This document shows, piece after piece, positions 39,306 through 49,905 of a stretch of DNA of 64,000 bases. The notes beneath the pieces are model-generated. The model was given only the letters and a program-made list of their open reading frames with translations. It made no database searches and had not been told where the DNA came from. How positions within the stretch are numbered: position 1 is the stretch's first letter; every line of letters starts with the position of its first letter. Where the stretch lies: the NCBI GenBank assembly GCA_963771275.1, contig CAVYSW010000009.1, positions 128,001 to 192,000 on the forward strand. The letters are read 5' to 3'. The DNA is from an uncultured Gemmatimonadales bacterium (GTDB lineage: Bacteria > Gemmatimonadota > Gemmatimonadetes > Gemmatimonadales > GWC2-71-9). Both the position numbers and the translations under genes were made by a program.

Positions 39306-41657
39306 TCAGGAACCCCACTTTTCGAGCTGCACTTCGCACAGCACCCCGTCAAGCTCGTTGAACCGTACGTCCTTCGGCTCAAACGGCATCAGCGGGAGGT
39401 CGATCTCGGAGACCGGTCCGCGCACGGTGACCCGCAGCCGGGCGAATCGGTTGTTCCCGAGATCCACGGAGACGGGCACCGGCATGGTGAAATCGTCCGG
39501 GACACCGGATTGACGAACCCGCAGCCGCACCCGCCACTTGCCGCCTTCGGCCGGCTGGCTGCGCCAGGCGACCGTGTACGTCGGGATCGCGGTGCCATCC
39601 ACCCACTCGTTGAAGAACCACTCCATCGGCTGGCCCATATGCTGCTCGACGACCCGCCGGAGATCCGTCGTCGAGGCGCGGCCGCCGGCGTGCGCCTGAT
39701 AGAAATCCCGCAGCACCCCCGAGAATTCGTCCTCGCTGACGGTCTGCAGATCGAGCAGGAGAATGCGCAGCATGTGCAGCACCCACGCGCCCTTGCGGTA
39801 CACCATCAGGTCGTAGCCGCCCGGGGAGCTGCTCGAGGCGGTCCGGTAGCCCAGCGAGATCGGGCCGACCTCCGCCTCCTCCCCACTCACCCCCCGCTTC
39901 GCCAGCAGCTCATCGCGCCAGCGCCGCAGCATCCCGAAGTAGAGCTCGTTGTCCCGTCGCGCAGTCTGGAGATACCACAACCCGGAGAACTCCGCGAACC
40001 CCTCGCTGAGCCACTGGTCGTGATACGTGGCGAAGTCCACGCCGATGCCCCACCACTGATGCGCGACTTCATGGGCGCGGAACTGCGCCTCGTACCCCTT
40101 CCTGTCGGGAACCGGCTCGAAGGTGGCCCACGAGAGATGCAGCAGGCCCGGGAACGCCTCGCCGTGGCCGTACGGGATCTCGGTCGCGTAGAACCGCCGC
40201 TCCGGCAGCGCGCCGAACACACGGCTGAAGAACTGGAGGCTCAAGCCAAGGTCCTGAGCGACGCCGCGCATGTTCACTTTGCTGGCGCCGAGCCGCCCCA
40301 GCAGTCGGCCGATCGCGCGGTGGCCCTCCTCCGACGCCAGCAGGGTCACCGGCGGCCCACTATCCGCGCCCGCCTCGAGGGCCTGGAACTGGCCGATGTT
40401 GAACGAGGCGTTGCGCATCGGGGTGCGGACGACCCAATGGCTGGTGACGACGTTCCCCTCGGTGTGCTCCTCGATCCGCTCACCGACGCTGGCCAGGCCG
40501 TAGCTCTGCGGGCTGTGGTACGTAAGGTCGAAGGTCGCGAGGCTGCGGCCCTCGAAGGAGCGCGGGTACCAGAAGGCCGACGACTTGATGAAAAAGAAGG
40601 ACGCGAGGCGATCGATGAGATCGCCGTGGTAGAAGACCTCGAGGCTGAGCGAGTCCCCGGCCTGGAGGGGCGCCGGAAGCCGGATCCACATGACCGGGTC
40701 TTTCTTGGGCTTGGCGACGATCGCCGGCTGATCGCCCTCCCATCGCGCCGAGTCCACGGTGAGCTCGGGATAGAGCATCAGCGGTACCCACGGGCCCACG
40801 GTCCGATCGGGGGTCAGCTCGAGCCGGGCTCGGGCCGCGAAGCCGAGGCTCCCAATGGTGCTCCGCGACAGCCAGGTCTCGATTGCGTAGTGCCGGACCA
40901 GCGCCTCCGCCGTGCGCTCCCGCGCGGGCAAAGGGTTGTCGCGATCGGCGGCCGGGGGGAACTGGGCAATCACTTCGGACACCCGCTGGCCCCGCACCTT
41001 GGCCCGTCGCAGCAAGCTCACGCCCTCGACCGCGTAGGGATTGACCGTGAACATCAGCGGCTCGCCGCGTCGCGCGATGTGCGCGTAGAAGAACGCGTTG
41101 ACCTCCCCGTTGAGGAGGGGGCGGAGCAGATCCGGATCGATGGCCTTCGACTCCTCGTCGGTCAGGTAGGCAAACGCATCCCGGACGGCGGACCCGGCCT
41201 CCGCGTGTTGCGCCTGCGGGCCGAACGTGAGCCGCGACTCGAGCTCGCGCAGGGTGGTGTCCGCGAACAGCAGCACGAGGGCCGTGAACGGCTCGGCGAC
41301 CTCGCGGTGCTTGAGGAACCGCTCGATCTGGTCCTGCTCCGCCCGCGACGGGGCGCTGAACGCGAACGTCCCGCGGCCGACGAACACGGCGCCCACCGTG
41401 CGACCACCCACCGGAGACAGGAGGTAGAGCGTGCCGGCTTCGAGCGTGAACCGGCCCGCTTCCCGCTCGATCACCAACTGCGCGACGTCGGCCACCCGAC
41501 CCGGTGCCGGGCGCAGATCGCGCAGGGCCGCGACGATCTCGTCAGTGCTCCCGGCCGGCTGGAGCGCCGGCGTCGCCTGGCCCGTTGCTGGGGATGTGAG
41601 GCCTACCGGAAGCGCCACAAGGGACAGGACTCGGCAGAGGAAGGCACGGCGGCGCAC
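39306..41657 (-). CDS. M1 family aminopeptidase, exported
   Basis: AHEVAHQWWG...WLSEGFAE, YRKGAWVLHMLR. Confidence 0.9.
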   Translation of the reverse strand: MRRRAFLCRVLSLVALPVGLTSPATGQATPALQPAGSTDEIVAALRDLRPAPGRVADVAQLVIEREAGRFTLEAGTLYLLSPVGGRTVGAVFVGRGTFAFSAPSRAEQDQIERFLKHREVAEPFTALVLLFADTTLRELESRLTFGPQAQHAEAGSAVRDAFAYLTDEESKAIDPDLLRPLLNGEVNAFFYAHIARRGEPLMFTVNPYAVEGVSLLRRAKVRGQRVSEVIAQFPPAADRDNPLPARERTAEALVRHYAIETWLSRSTIGSLGFAARARLELTPDRTVGPWVPLMLYPELTVDSARWEGDQPAIVAKPKKDPVMWIRLPAPLQAGDSLSLEVFYHGDLIDRLASFFFIKSSAFWYPRSFEGRSLATFDLTYHSPQSYGLASVGERIEEHTEGNVVTSHWVVRTPMRNASFNIGQFQALEAGADSGPPVTLLASEEGHRAIGRLLGRLGASKVNMRGVAQDLGLSLQFFSRVFGALPERRFYATEIPYGHGEAFPGLLHLSWATFEPVPDRKGYEAQFRAHEVAHQWWGIGVDFATYHDQWLSEGFAEFSGLWYLQTARRDNELYFGMLRRWRDELLAKRGVSGEEAEVGPISLGYRTASSSSPGGYDLMVYRKGAWVLHMLRILLLDLQTVSEDEFSGVLRDFYQAHAGGRASTTDLRRVVEQHMGQPMEWFFNEWVDGTAIPTYTVAWRSQPAEGGKWRVRLRVRQSGVPDDFTMPVPVSVDLGNNRFARLRVTVRGPVSEIDLPLMPFEPKDVRFNELDGVLCEVQLEKWGS

Positions 41658-41767
41658 AGGAACCTCCCGGGACGTGGGAAGAGCGGCACCAGTGGGGTCT
41701 TCGAGTATGGCACCGGTTCCGTGCGCCGTCCATGGGCAGATGCGCGACGATGGGCCGCCCGCCCGCG

Positions 41768-42202
41768 CTACGAGGGTGGTGGCTCCCCGATGGTCACCGT
41801 GTCGGGCCCGGCGATCCGCACGACGTGACAGCGGCAGGGCTCAGGGGTCGCAAACACGAAATCGGCCGTGAACGACGCGCCACCCACCGTGCCGGTGACC
41901 CGGACGACGTCGCCGCCGCTCGAGAGCTCGTCGCGCAGGCCGTCGTCCGCCACGTCGTACACGCCCGGCGCCAGCAATCCCAGCCACCCGGGCTCGAGCA
42001 CGCGGCCGGTCCGGAGATTGGTGCGCGTGAGCGCCACGCCGTTCTGGGGCTGCGAGGCGTCGTCGAGCACGGTCACCGTGTACACGCGAAACTCCTCGGT
42101 GCAGGCGCAGGCGCGCAGCGGATCGTCGCAGCCCGGGCTGGGCGCGACGGCCACGGCGAGGGCAAGGAGCGGGACCAACCGAGCGAGCGTCATGCGGGCC
42201 AT
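41768..42202 (-). CDS. Hypothetical lipoprotein
   Basis: Signal peptide then GCDD; CACTEEF and CRCH cysteine pairs. Confidence 0.65.
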   Translation of the reverse strand: MARMTLARLVPLLALAVAVAPSPGCDDPLRACACTEEFRVYTVTVLDDASQPQNGVALTRTNLRTGRVLEPGWLGLLAPGVYDVADDGLRDELSSGGDVVRVTGTVGGASFTADFVFATPEPCRCHVVRIAGPDTVTIGEPPPS

Positions 42203-42351
42203 TCGTGCCTCCCTGCCGAGGTTACCCGGCTCGCGGTCGCGAGGTCACACCCGACCGCCCGGGTCCGCGCCCAGCCGGGCGACCGCGAGCATCCTCCCGT
42301 GACCCAACGCCGGTCTGTACCTTTCGCGGTCCCCCGGAGTGAAAGGCCCCG

Positions 42352-44097
42352 ATGCGACGCCACCTCTCCCCAGCCTTGAGCGTCCTGCTCACTATACTCG
42401 CCACTCTCACGGTGCCGGCCGGTTCCTTGGCCGCGCAGCGTCCCGACTCGGCACGCGCCGACACGACTCCGTCCCGGCCGGTCATCACGAAGGCGACGCT
42501 CCAAGCGGCCCTGGACCTCATCGGTCTCACCTACTCGGATTCCGAGCTCGCGCTGCTGCTCCAGTCGCGCGGCCAGTTCGGCAACGACTTCACGGGCCGC
42601 GGCGACCGCCGCAACGCGTGGGACGCCCTCCGGGCGGTCCCGCTGCCCAACGCCGTGCCGCCGGCGCTGTTCTTCCAGCCGCTCCCGCCGGCTGTTCCGA
42701 TCGCGAACCGGGCGCCGCGTTTCGCGTCGGCCGCCAAGGGCCTCAAGCGACCCGAGCACCTGGAGGACGTGGCGTTCTGGTCGATCACGGACCTCGCGGC
42801 ACTGCTCAAGAGCCGGCAGGTGACGTCGGTCGAGCTCACCACGATGTACCTCGACCGGCTCAAGCGCTACGACTCGGTGCTGCACGCCGTCGTGACGCTC
42901 ACCGACAGCCTTGCGCTCGCGCAGGCGCGCCGCGCCGACCAGGAGATCGCGGCCGGGCACTACCGCGGGCCGCTGCACGGCATCCCGTACGGGGTGAAAG
43001 ACCTCTACGCCGTGCCCGGCTATCCCACCACCTGGGGTGCGGAGCCGTACCTGGACCAGGTGCTGGACGAAACGGCGACCCCGGTGCGGAAGCTCGAGGA
43101 AGCTGGCGCGGTGTTGCTGGCCAAGCTCAGCACCGGGGCGCTGGCGATGGGCGACGTATGGTTTCGCGACACGACCCGCAACCCGTGGAATCCCGCGCAG
43201 GGATCGAGCGGCTCGTCGGCCGGGCCGGCCGCGGCCGTCTCGGCGGGACTCGTGCCGTTCGCGCTCGGCACCGAGACGCTGGGCTCGATCGTCTCGCCGG
43301 CCACGCGTACCGGCGTCACGGGCCTCCGCCCCAGCTTCGGGCGGGTGAGCCGGGCGGGCGTGATGGCATTGTCCTGGTCGATGGACAAGGCGGGCCCGCT
43401 GTGCCGCAGCGCAGAGGACTGCGCGCTCGTGCTCGACGCAGTCCGGGGCAGCGATCCCGGTGATCCGTCCGCGGTGGACGTGCCGTTCCCGTACGACGCG
43501 GGGGCCAGGCTCTCGGGGCTCAAGATCGGCTATCTCAAGTCCGCGTTCGACGGCGAACGCCGCGGCGCCGATCTCGATCGGCAGGTGCTCGAGGTGCTCC
43601 GCGGGCTCGGCGTCGAGCTGATCCCGCTCGAGCTGCCGGACCGGCCGGCGCAGGCGGTGCGGATCGTGCTGAGCGCCGAGGCGGCGGCCGCGTTCGACGA
43701 GCTCACCCGCTCGGGCCGCGACAGCCTGATGGTCCGGCAGGACGCGGGCGCCTGGCCCAACTCGTTCCGCTCGGCCCGCTTCATTCCGGCGGTCGAGTAC
43801 ATCCAGGCGAATCGCGTGCGGCGGCTGCTGCAGGAGGACATGCGGGCGCTGCTCAAGGGCATCGACGTGTACGTGTCGCCCGCGACCGCCGGCGCCAACC
43901 TGCTCGTCACGAATCTCACGGGCCACCCGTGCGTCGCCGTGCCGGACGGCTTCCTCGACGAGAAGTCGCCGGCGAGCATCACGTTCTGCGGCCGGATGTA
44001 CGGGGAGGCCGAGATGCTCGAGGTGGCGCGCGCGTATCAGGCGGCGACGCCGTGGGACGAGCGGCACCCCGCGGCGTTCGGCGGACGCTCCCCGTAA
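42352..44097 (+). CDS. Amidase signature family enzyme, exported
   Basis: GPLHGIPYGVKD, GSSGSSAG, GTETLGSIVSP, GLRPSFGRVS. Confidence 0.92.
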   Translation: MRRHLSPALSVLLTILATLTVPAGSLAAQRPDSARADTTPSRPVITKATLQAALDLIGLTYSDSELALLLQSRGQFGNDFTGRGDRRNAWDALRAVPLPNAVPPALFFQPLPPAVPIANRAPRFASAAKGLKRPEHLEDVAFWSITDLAALLKSRQVTSVELTTMYLDRLKRYDSVLHAVVTLTDSLALAQARRADQEIAAGHYRGPLHGIPYGVKDLYAVPGYPTTWGAEPYLDQVLDETATPVRKLEEAGAVLLAKLSTGALAMGDVWFRDTTRNPWNPAQGSSGSSAGPAAAVSAGLVPFALGTETLGSIVSPATRTGVTGLRPSFGRVSRAGVMALSWSMDKAGPLCRSAEDCALVLDAVRGSDPGDPSAVDVPFPYDAGARLSGLKIGYLKSAFDGERRGADLDRQVLEVLRGLGVELIPLELPDRPAQAVRIVLSAEAAAAFDELTRSGRDSLMVRQDAGAWPNSFRSARFIPAVEYIQANRVRRLLQEDMRALLKGIDVYVSPATAGANLLVTNLTGHPCVAVPDGFLDEKSPASITFCGRMYGEAEMLEVARAYQAATPWDERHPAAFGGRSP

Positions 44098-44183
44098 CTC
44101 ACCGGTCCGAGGAACGGCGGAGGGGGTGCGCTGCTGGCCGGCGTCCGGTGGAGCTCTTAGCTTAGGGCGGAAGGCGGTCCGAC

Positions 44184-44654
44184 ATGGGCACGGCCCCACC
44201 GGGGAAGCAGGAGGCGGGCATCATCGGGCGGACCTTGCGCCTGATGCTCGCTCTGCTGCTGGGCTTCATGACCTACACGGTCACGCGCACCGAAGACAAG
44301 AGCTTTAGCCTTCGGCTGCTGACGGCGTTCGGATGCGTGACCGTGTTCTACGCGGTCGTGCATCTCGTGCTCCGCCGGTACGGCACCGGCCTCCACCGCT
44401 GGTACGGTGCCCTTGGGGCGCTGGCCCCCCTCGTCCTGGCATTCGCGCTCGGTGGGCTGCTCGGCCGGTCGGTGGCGTCCGCCTATCTCGGCCTCTCGCT
44501 CCTGCTGCAGACGTTCCGCGGCGACGGCGGCTCGGAGGTCCTGGCAATCCCCGCAGCCCTGTTCCACCGGCCCACCCATCTCGCGGGCATTCTGTTCGCG
44601 CCCATCGATCTGGTGGAGAAGCACCTCACCGGCCCCGGTGGGCTGCCGGGGTAG
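44184..44654 (+). CDS. Hypothetical membrane protein
   Basis: Four hydrophobic segments; GDGGSEVLAIP motif. Confidence 0.7.
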   Translation: MGTAPPGKQEAGIIGRTLRLMLALLLGFMTYTVTRTEDKSFSLRLLTAFGCVTVFYAVVHLVLRRYGTGLHRWYGALGALAPLVLAFALGGLLGRSVASAYLGLSLLLQTFRGDGGSEVLAIPAALFHRPTHLAGILFAPIDLVEKHLTGPGGLPG

Positions 44655-44697
44655 GCAGTCCCGCTCGTGCGAGCGGGACTGACCCGGAGGTCTCGCT

Positions 44698-45135
44698 TCA
44701 GCCCTTCACGAAGGTCGCGTGGAGCTGCGCGGGGATCTCTCCGTTTCCGAAGTCGAACATCAGGTCGGTACTGTGGACGGTGAGCGTCGTCCCCGACAGA
44801 CCCACGGTCATCTCCGTCCCGTCCGTCTCCCCGGTGCCCGTGAGGATCAAGAGGTCGCCCCCCTGCAACACCCACGTCCCGGTGGCCACGTCGGGCCCGA
44901 CCCCGGGGATCGTGGTCGTGACCGTATAGTCCCCGTTGGCGGCGATCACGATCTGGACCGAGCCACCCATCCCGATCACGTCGAAATCCATGACGGGATC
45001 GCCGAAGTCGGAGAACTTGAAGGCCGTGGCGTTCCACGTGCCGACCAGATCGGCCTCGGTCACGCCGGTGCTGTCCCCGCATCCCCAGGCGAGACCCGCC
45101 AGAAGCGGAATCGCCAACCACGATAGACGTCGCAC
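44698..45135 (-). CDS. Lipocalin-like lipoprotein (paralogue of 29689-30123)
   Basis: GTG start with GGAGG SD; lipobox AWGC; LVGTWNAT; C-terminal FDFGNG resembles FDFGTG of the paralogue. Confidence 0.75.
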   Translation of the reverse strand: MRRLSWLAIPLLAGLAWGCGDSTGVTEADLVGTWNATAFKFSDFGDPVMDFDVIGMGGSVQIVIAANGDYTVTTTIPGVGPDVATGTWVLQGGDLLILTGTGETDGTEMTVGLSGTTLTVHSTDLMFDFGNGEIPAQLHATFVKG

Positions 45136-45915
45136 GCAATCCTCCCAGGTAAGGGAAATCGACCACGCCAACTTGCGATGGGTCCAGATCAAGGAATGCT
45201 GAAAGGGCGCTGAATGCTGTGTGAAGGACGCTGGGTGGATCATGAAGCGGGTCCTGATCCGTCCCTGACTCGCTTGCTGTCCGCATGATGTCGGACTCGC
45301 GTCGGGATCACGAGCAGCGCCGCGCCGAGGAGCAGCGCGGCCCGCTGGTGGTCGCCTTCGTCCTCTGCTTACTTCACTACGAGTATCGTCACGATCACGG
45401 CTATCAGCACCAGCGCCAGCGTCGAAATCACGATGGTGTTGGGGGGCGGAGGCGCCGGCGACGCTGCGGCACTGCCATCGAGGATGCTTGGCACCTCAGG
45501 GACGAGGCGCGGTCCGGCCAGCGGTGCGCTCGGGGAGCCGGCTTGCGCCGCGCTCGACTCCGGCCGCGGTGGGCGTCGCAGCCGCGGCGCTCAGCCCGGC
45601 GACCAGGATGAGGGCAGCGCGATCCGCAGGGCTCGACCACTGGATCAGTCGGAGTCCCAAAGGAACACTGGGTGTGGGCGCGAGTGCCCTGCTCACCGGC
45701 GCGCTGCCACGGGGGTGGCGGCCTGCTGGGCCGCGGTTGGTGTGGCTGCGGCGATCAGGAGCGCAGCGACCGACGCGACGACGGCAAGTCGTGCCAGTCG
45801 GTGCTTCATTGCAGGTTTCATCGGACTCTCCTAACGGGGTTCCATGTGAGAGACGACATACAGCTCCTGACGTACGGCTTCGTTGCTCGAGGACTTCGGG
45901 GTCGAGGACTCCGGT

Positions 45916-46254
45916 TCAAGATGGCTGCTCCGCCTCCGGCGACGGCGCCTCGTCGTCGGCGAGCACCATCGGCGCGGTAACCGAGAAACCCGCCCTCAAC
46001 TGCGTTAGCCGGCCCTCGAGTCGGCGGTTGACCTCACGACTCTGGTCGGCGCTGTCGCTCACGACCAGGAGGTGCGTGACCCGCTGCTCAGAAACCAGCT
46101 TGCCAGTCCACGTGCGCGCCGCCCGCCGTGCGTCCGAGTGCTCCGTCTCGAGAAGAACTCGGATCGCGTTCAGCTGGTCCTCCGCTTGTGGTGGCACGAT
46201 CTCATAGGCGTACGCCCACAGGGTCTTTGCGGCGCTTCTTCGCGCTTTCGCCAT
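45916..46254 (-). CDS. Hypothetical protein
   Basis: GAGGAG SD; 112 aa, normal composition. Confidence 0.55.
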   Translation of the reverse strand: MAKARRSAAKTLWAYAYEIVPPQAEDQLNAIRVLLETEHSDARRAARTWTGKLVSEQRVTHLLVVSDSADQSREVNRRLEGRLTQLRAGFSVTAPMVLADDEAPSPEAEQPS

Positions 46255-46275
46255 CGTACGCTCCTCACGTGTCCA

Positions 46276-46359
46276 TCATGCATTGCTCTTCTTGCGAGCA
46301 AGCAGCAGGGCGGTACCGGCCACGATCAGCAGGATCGCTCCGATCTTGAGTCCGCTCAT
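46276..46359 (-). pseudogene. 27-aa hydrophobic mini-ORF, probably an internally deleted two-TM protein
   Basis: MSGLKIGAILLIVAGTALLLARKKSNA with GGAGG SD. Confidence 0.4.
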
Positions 46360-46419
46360 CTCGCTTCCTCCGGCAAGAACCCTGGCTGGGGATGGCCGGG
46401 CCGCCGTGTAGTGATCCTC

Positions 46420-47067
46420 TCACTTGGCCGCGACGGTCAACCGCTGCTTCAAGGTCAGGATCAGGTGCGTCCCCGCGGGCAGCACGATATCCACGTCCTT
46501 GATGGCCGCGGAGACGGCGACCCCGGCGGCGGCGCCGACCACGCCGCCGACAATTGTCCCCGTCGCGTTCCCGCCGATCACCCGGCCCAGGATCGCGCCG
46601 GCCGCTGCGCCCCCGGCTACCCGGGCGGCGTCCATGGTGCTGATCCCCTGTCCCTGTCTGGTCGTCGCGAGGGAGTCGATCGAAGCCTTGATGTCGTACG
46701 TCTTTCCGCGCACCGTCACGCTCGAGACGGCCAGCGTGAGCGTGCCCGTGGCGCCGGCGTTGGGAGCGGAGCTCACCTCTGTGATGGTCCCATGCACTGT
46801 CGAGCCGGCGGGGATCACCGCCAGGCCGTCGGCGTTCTTGACGTCCTCCACCACGCTCGCCGTGAACGCGTCGCCCGCCTTCGCCTGGCGCGAGCTGATT
46901 TCGTTGGTGATCGCCGCGTCAACCAGCGTGCCTGCGGCGAGGTTGTAGCTCGCCGACGCGGTGGACATCGAACCGCCAGAACGGTCGGTCGATTCGCCCT
47001 TGGCGCAGGCGGCAAGAAGAACCAGGGAAATGGCCAGAACCGGGCCGTACGGTGTCGTGGAAGTCAT
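46420..47067 (-). CDS. Glycine-zipper lipoprotein
   Basis: Lipobox LAAC; ISSRQAKAGDAF, IPAGSTVHG, GGAAAGAILGRVIGG. Confidence 0.8.
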   Translation of the reverse strand: MTSTTPYGPVLAISLVLLAACAKGESTDRSGGSMSTASASYNLAAGTLVDAAITNEISSRQAKAGDAFTASVVEDVKNADGLAVIPAGSTVHGTITEVSSAPNAGATGTLTLAVSSVTVRGKTYDIKASIDSLATTRQGQGISTMDAARVAGGAAAGAILGRVIGGNATGTIVGGVVGAAAGVAVSAAIKDVDIVLPAGTHLILTLKQRLTVAAK

Positions 47068-47136
47068 GGGTGCTGCCCTCCGTCTCGTGTAAAGGACGCA
47101 GTCGGGTTTCTGATGTCTGTGCACGCCCAAGTCGGT

Positions 47137-48591
47137 CTAGGGGAGCGGCTGTCCCACGACCCACTTGATGAGCCGGCCCGGTTCGAGTGGTGCCTGGGGC
47201 TCGACCTGGTTGATCAGCGCCAGCATCGCGGCGGAAGCCGGCGAGGGCCGCAGCCGCGCGAGCGCCTCGATCGTCGTGCGCCGGTCGAGCGTCACGATGT
47301 CCAGGCGCTGCGGCTGCACGTTCAGCGCCGCGGGATCGGTCAGGGGCTGGAAGCTCCGCAGCGCGCGCTCGGCAGTCGCCTGGTAGGTGGGCCAACTCGC
47401 CTCGGGCGCGTAGCCGATGAGCCCGAATACCACTCCGCGGTGCTCGACGAACAGCACCGTCCCCCTGAGGGTGCCGTCCGCGGTCGCCGCACTGAAGGGC
47501 GCGCTCACCGCCGGGAGCCCGCTCAGGCTCGCGCGGGACGGGGCGCCGCCCGTGATTCCCTGCTGCGCGAGGAACGCGCGGGACGCCGCATCGGCACTCG
47601 TCCCCAGCGCGAGCGATAGCTCGACCACCGCATCTTTCCCGGGGCTCACCGCGACGACTGCCTGCTTCCCGTTCTGGGTGGCCCACCCCACAGGGAGGGT
47701 GAGCTGAAACCGCATGTCGGGATGGAAGTACTGACTACCCTTGAAGTACCCCTCGCGCGGGTTGTTGCCGAACACCTGGCCGTCGAGCCGGCGCAGGTAC
47801 GAGTCGCGATTGACGACGGTGCCGGAGAAATTCTGCGGCAGCGCGGCGATCTGTCCGTTGATGGCGGCGAAACGGTTCGCTGGACTGGGGTGCGTCGCGA
47901 GCCACGTGGGGAGGCGGCTGCCGCCCTCCGCCGCGCTGAGCTGGTCGAGCATCTGGAACACCGCGGGCATCTGACGGGGATCGTAGTTGGCGCGGCGCAT
48001 GTAGCGCAGGCCGAGCTCGTCCGCCTGGCTCTCGTCGTCGCGGGAGAACTTGAGGTACAGGATCCCGAGCGCCTGATTCGCAACCCCCGCGTATTTCGCG
48101 ACCTGGGAGCTCGCCATGCTGCCGACTGCGAGACCCAGCCCCATGAGCTGCTGCTTGCTCATCTCGGCGGCCGTGTGCCGGGCCGTGACGTGGCCGATCT
48201 CGTGGCCCACGACGGAGGCCAGCTCCGCCTCGGAGGTGAGATGGGCGAGGAGTCCCCGCGTCACGTAGACAAAGCCGCCGGGGACGGCGAAGGCATTCAC
48301 CGCCGGGTCGTCCACCAGCCGGAACGTCCAGGGAAGATTGGGGCGCTCCGAGGTGGCGGCGAGCCGCGCGCCGAACTGTTGCAGGTAGCCTTGCCACGCG
48401 GCGTCCGGATAGAGCCCGATGGTCGCGATGACCGCCGTGTCCGCCTGCCGCCCCATCGCGATTTCCTGGGACTCGCTGACGAGCATGAGCTGATTCCGGC
48501 CCGTGGCCGGGTTCATGGCACAGCCGCTCGCGGCAAGGCCGGCGAGCAGCGCGAGCGCGCCGCGTGTCCGGACAGCTCTGATGAAGAACAT
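47137..48591 (-). CDS. M48 family metalloprotease lipoprotein
   Basis: GCAMNPATG, VNAFAVPGG, GHEIGHVTARH, FSRDDESQAD, THP. Confidence 0.92.
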   Translation of the reverse strand: MFFIRAVRTRGALALLAGLAASGCAMNPATGRNQLMLVSESQEIAMGRQADTAVIATIGLYPDAAWQGYLQQFGARLAATSERPNLPWTFRLVDDPAVNAFAVPGGFVYVTRGLLAHLTSEAELASVVGHEIGHVTARHTAAEMSKQQLMGLGLAVGSMASSQVAKYAGVANQALGILYLKFSRDDESQADELGLRYMRRANYDPRQMPAVFQMLDQLSAAEGGSRLPTWLATHPSPANRFAAINGQIAALPQNFSGTVVNRDSYLRRLDGQVFGNNPREGYFKGSQYFHPDMRFQLTLPVGWATQNGKQAVVAVSPGKDAVVELSLALGTSADAASRAFLAQQGITGGAPSRASLSGLPAVSAPFSAATADGTLRGTVLFVEHRGVVFGLIGYAPEASWPTYQATAERALRSFQPLTDPAALNVQPQRLDIVTLDRRTTIEALARLRPSPASAAMLALINQVEPQAPLEPGRLIKWVVGQPLP

Positions 48592-48599
48592 GTCGCGTC

Positions 48600-48758
48600 T
48601 CACCGCCTCGTGCGGCGCCACGGCAAGCGCGCGACGGAGAAAATCCCTGCCACGAGCAGGAGCGCGTACACGACACCGGTTCCGACGTGGAACACCCACC
48701 CGAGCAGCCATGCCGCCAAGAAGGCGCCTAATAGGACCAGCACGGTGGGTGTCTCCAT
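48600..48758 (-). CDS. Small two-TM membrane protein (lmo0937-like)
   Basis: Manual translation METPTVLVLLGAFLAAWLLGWVFHVGTGVVYALLLVAGIFSVARLPWRRTRR. Confidence 0.55.
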   Translation of the reverse strand: METPTVLVLLGAFLAAWLLGWVFHVGTGVVYALLLVAGIFSVARLPWRRTRR

Positions 48759-48997
48759 TCTGCGAACCTCTGGTGGTCACCCATGGATGGTCGCACCTTG
48801 TACTGCCGGAGAACATCGCTCGGCGGGATGAAAGACGACTTAGGCTCCGTGAACGAGCGCACGGATCCCCTGCCGTTCGAAAGAACTAGGCCGTTTGGCG
48901 GAGGGGCTCCCGACCAGCGGGAGGGGTTATGGAGGTGCTTCCATCGACCGAGCGGCCTTGGGCGCGTACGCGGCCAGCCGGCTCCTCCACCAACTCG

Positions 48998-49675
48998 CTA
49001 CGAGGCCTTCTCTCTGTGGGAATAGGCGGCGATCTGCAACCGCGTGTGCAGCGTCAACTTCTCCATGATGTTGCGGACGTGGCTCTTGACGGTATGGGTT
49101 GCGATGTGGAGCCGCGTGGCAATCTCCTTGTTGCTCAGCCCTTCCGCGATGAGGATGATCACTTCGCGTTCGCGCTGCGTCATGCGCACGGAATCGAGCA
49201 CTTCCGGCCGACCCTTGGCAACCGCGTCCCGCGCGATCTGGGAGAAGAGCGTTCCGGTCATCTGGGGCGGCAATACGTGCCCCCCATCCGCCACCGATCG
49301 GATGGCATGCACGAGATCTTCGAGGGTGGCATCCTTCATGATGAAGCCGGAAACGCCCGCGTGGACGAATTCCACGATGTCCTCGTGCACCGGGAGGAGA
49401 TCCATCACGATGACCTTGGCCTCCGGGAACTCTCTCTTGACCTTCTCCGCCACGCGCAGGCTGTCGCCGTTCCGCAGGCCGAGATCGAGGAGCACCACCT
49501 GAGGGTTCACGCGCTGCAGGAGCGACGTGTCGGCGCTGGACCCTCCGGCGACGACCCGGAAGTCTGGCAGTTGATTCAGTAGCGTGGCGATCCCCTCGCG
49601 CACCAGACGATTGTCTTCGATGAGCGCTACTGAAATCACGCCACGCGCTGGGGCAATCGGGGATGTCTCGCCCAT
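48998..49675 (-). CDS. NarL/LuxR family response regulator
   Basis: LIEDNRLVREG, VVLLDL, GFIMK, MTQREREV...GLSNKEIA...TVKSHVRNIMEKL. Confidence 0.93.
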   Translation of the reverse strand: MGETSPIAPARGVISVALIEDNRLVREGIATLLNQLPDFRVVAGGSSADTSLLQRVNPQVVLLDLGLRNGDSLRVAEKVKREFPEAKVIVMDLLPVHEDIVEFVHAGVSGFIMKDATLEDLVHAIRSVADGGHVLPPQMTGTLFSQIARDAVAKGRPEVLDSVRMTQREREVIILIAEGLSNKEIATRLHIATHTVKSHVRNIMEKLTLHTRLQIAAYSHREKAS

Positions 49676-49905
49676 GACCTTTACTCTCCCGGTCGCGATG
49701 CCACGAATATGGACGCCACCCGCCACTCGTCAACCCGGCAATGCCCGTCGAGCACTTGGGCTCGGGACGGACCAGGCGCCGAGAGGCGCTGCCACTCGCC
49801 AGCAGCCCCGCGAGCCTGGCGGCTCAGGTTCTACGACGTGAGAATCCGGCCAAGCACGGCGTGTGTCACGCTGATGTCCTGGCCCGGTAACGGGGATTCC
49901 GCCAG

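Noticed and set aside
45367..45821. Decayed secreted-protein gene (signal peptide MKPAMKHRL..., hydrophobic tail NTIVISTLALVLIAVIVTILVVK)
   Set aside because: Frames could not be reconstructed confidently; family assignment unsupported
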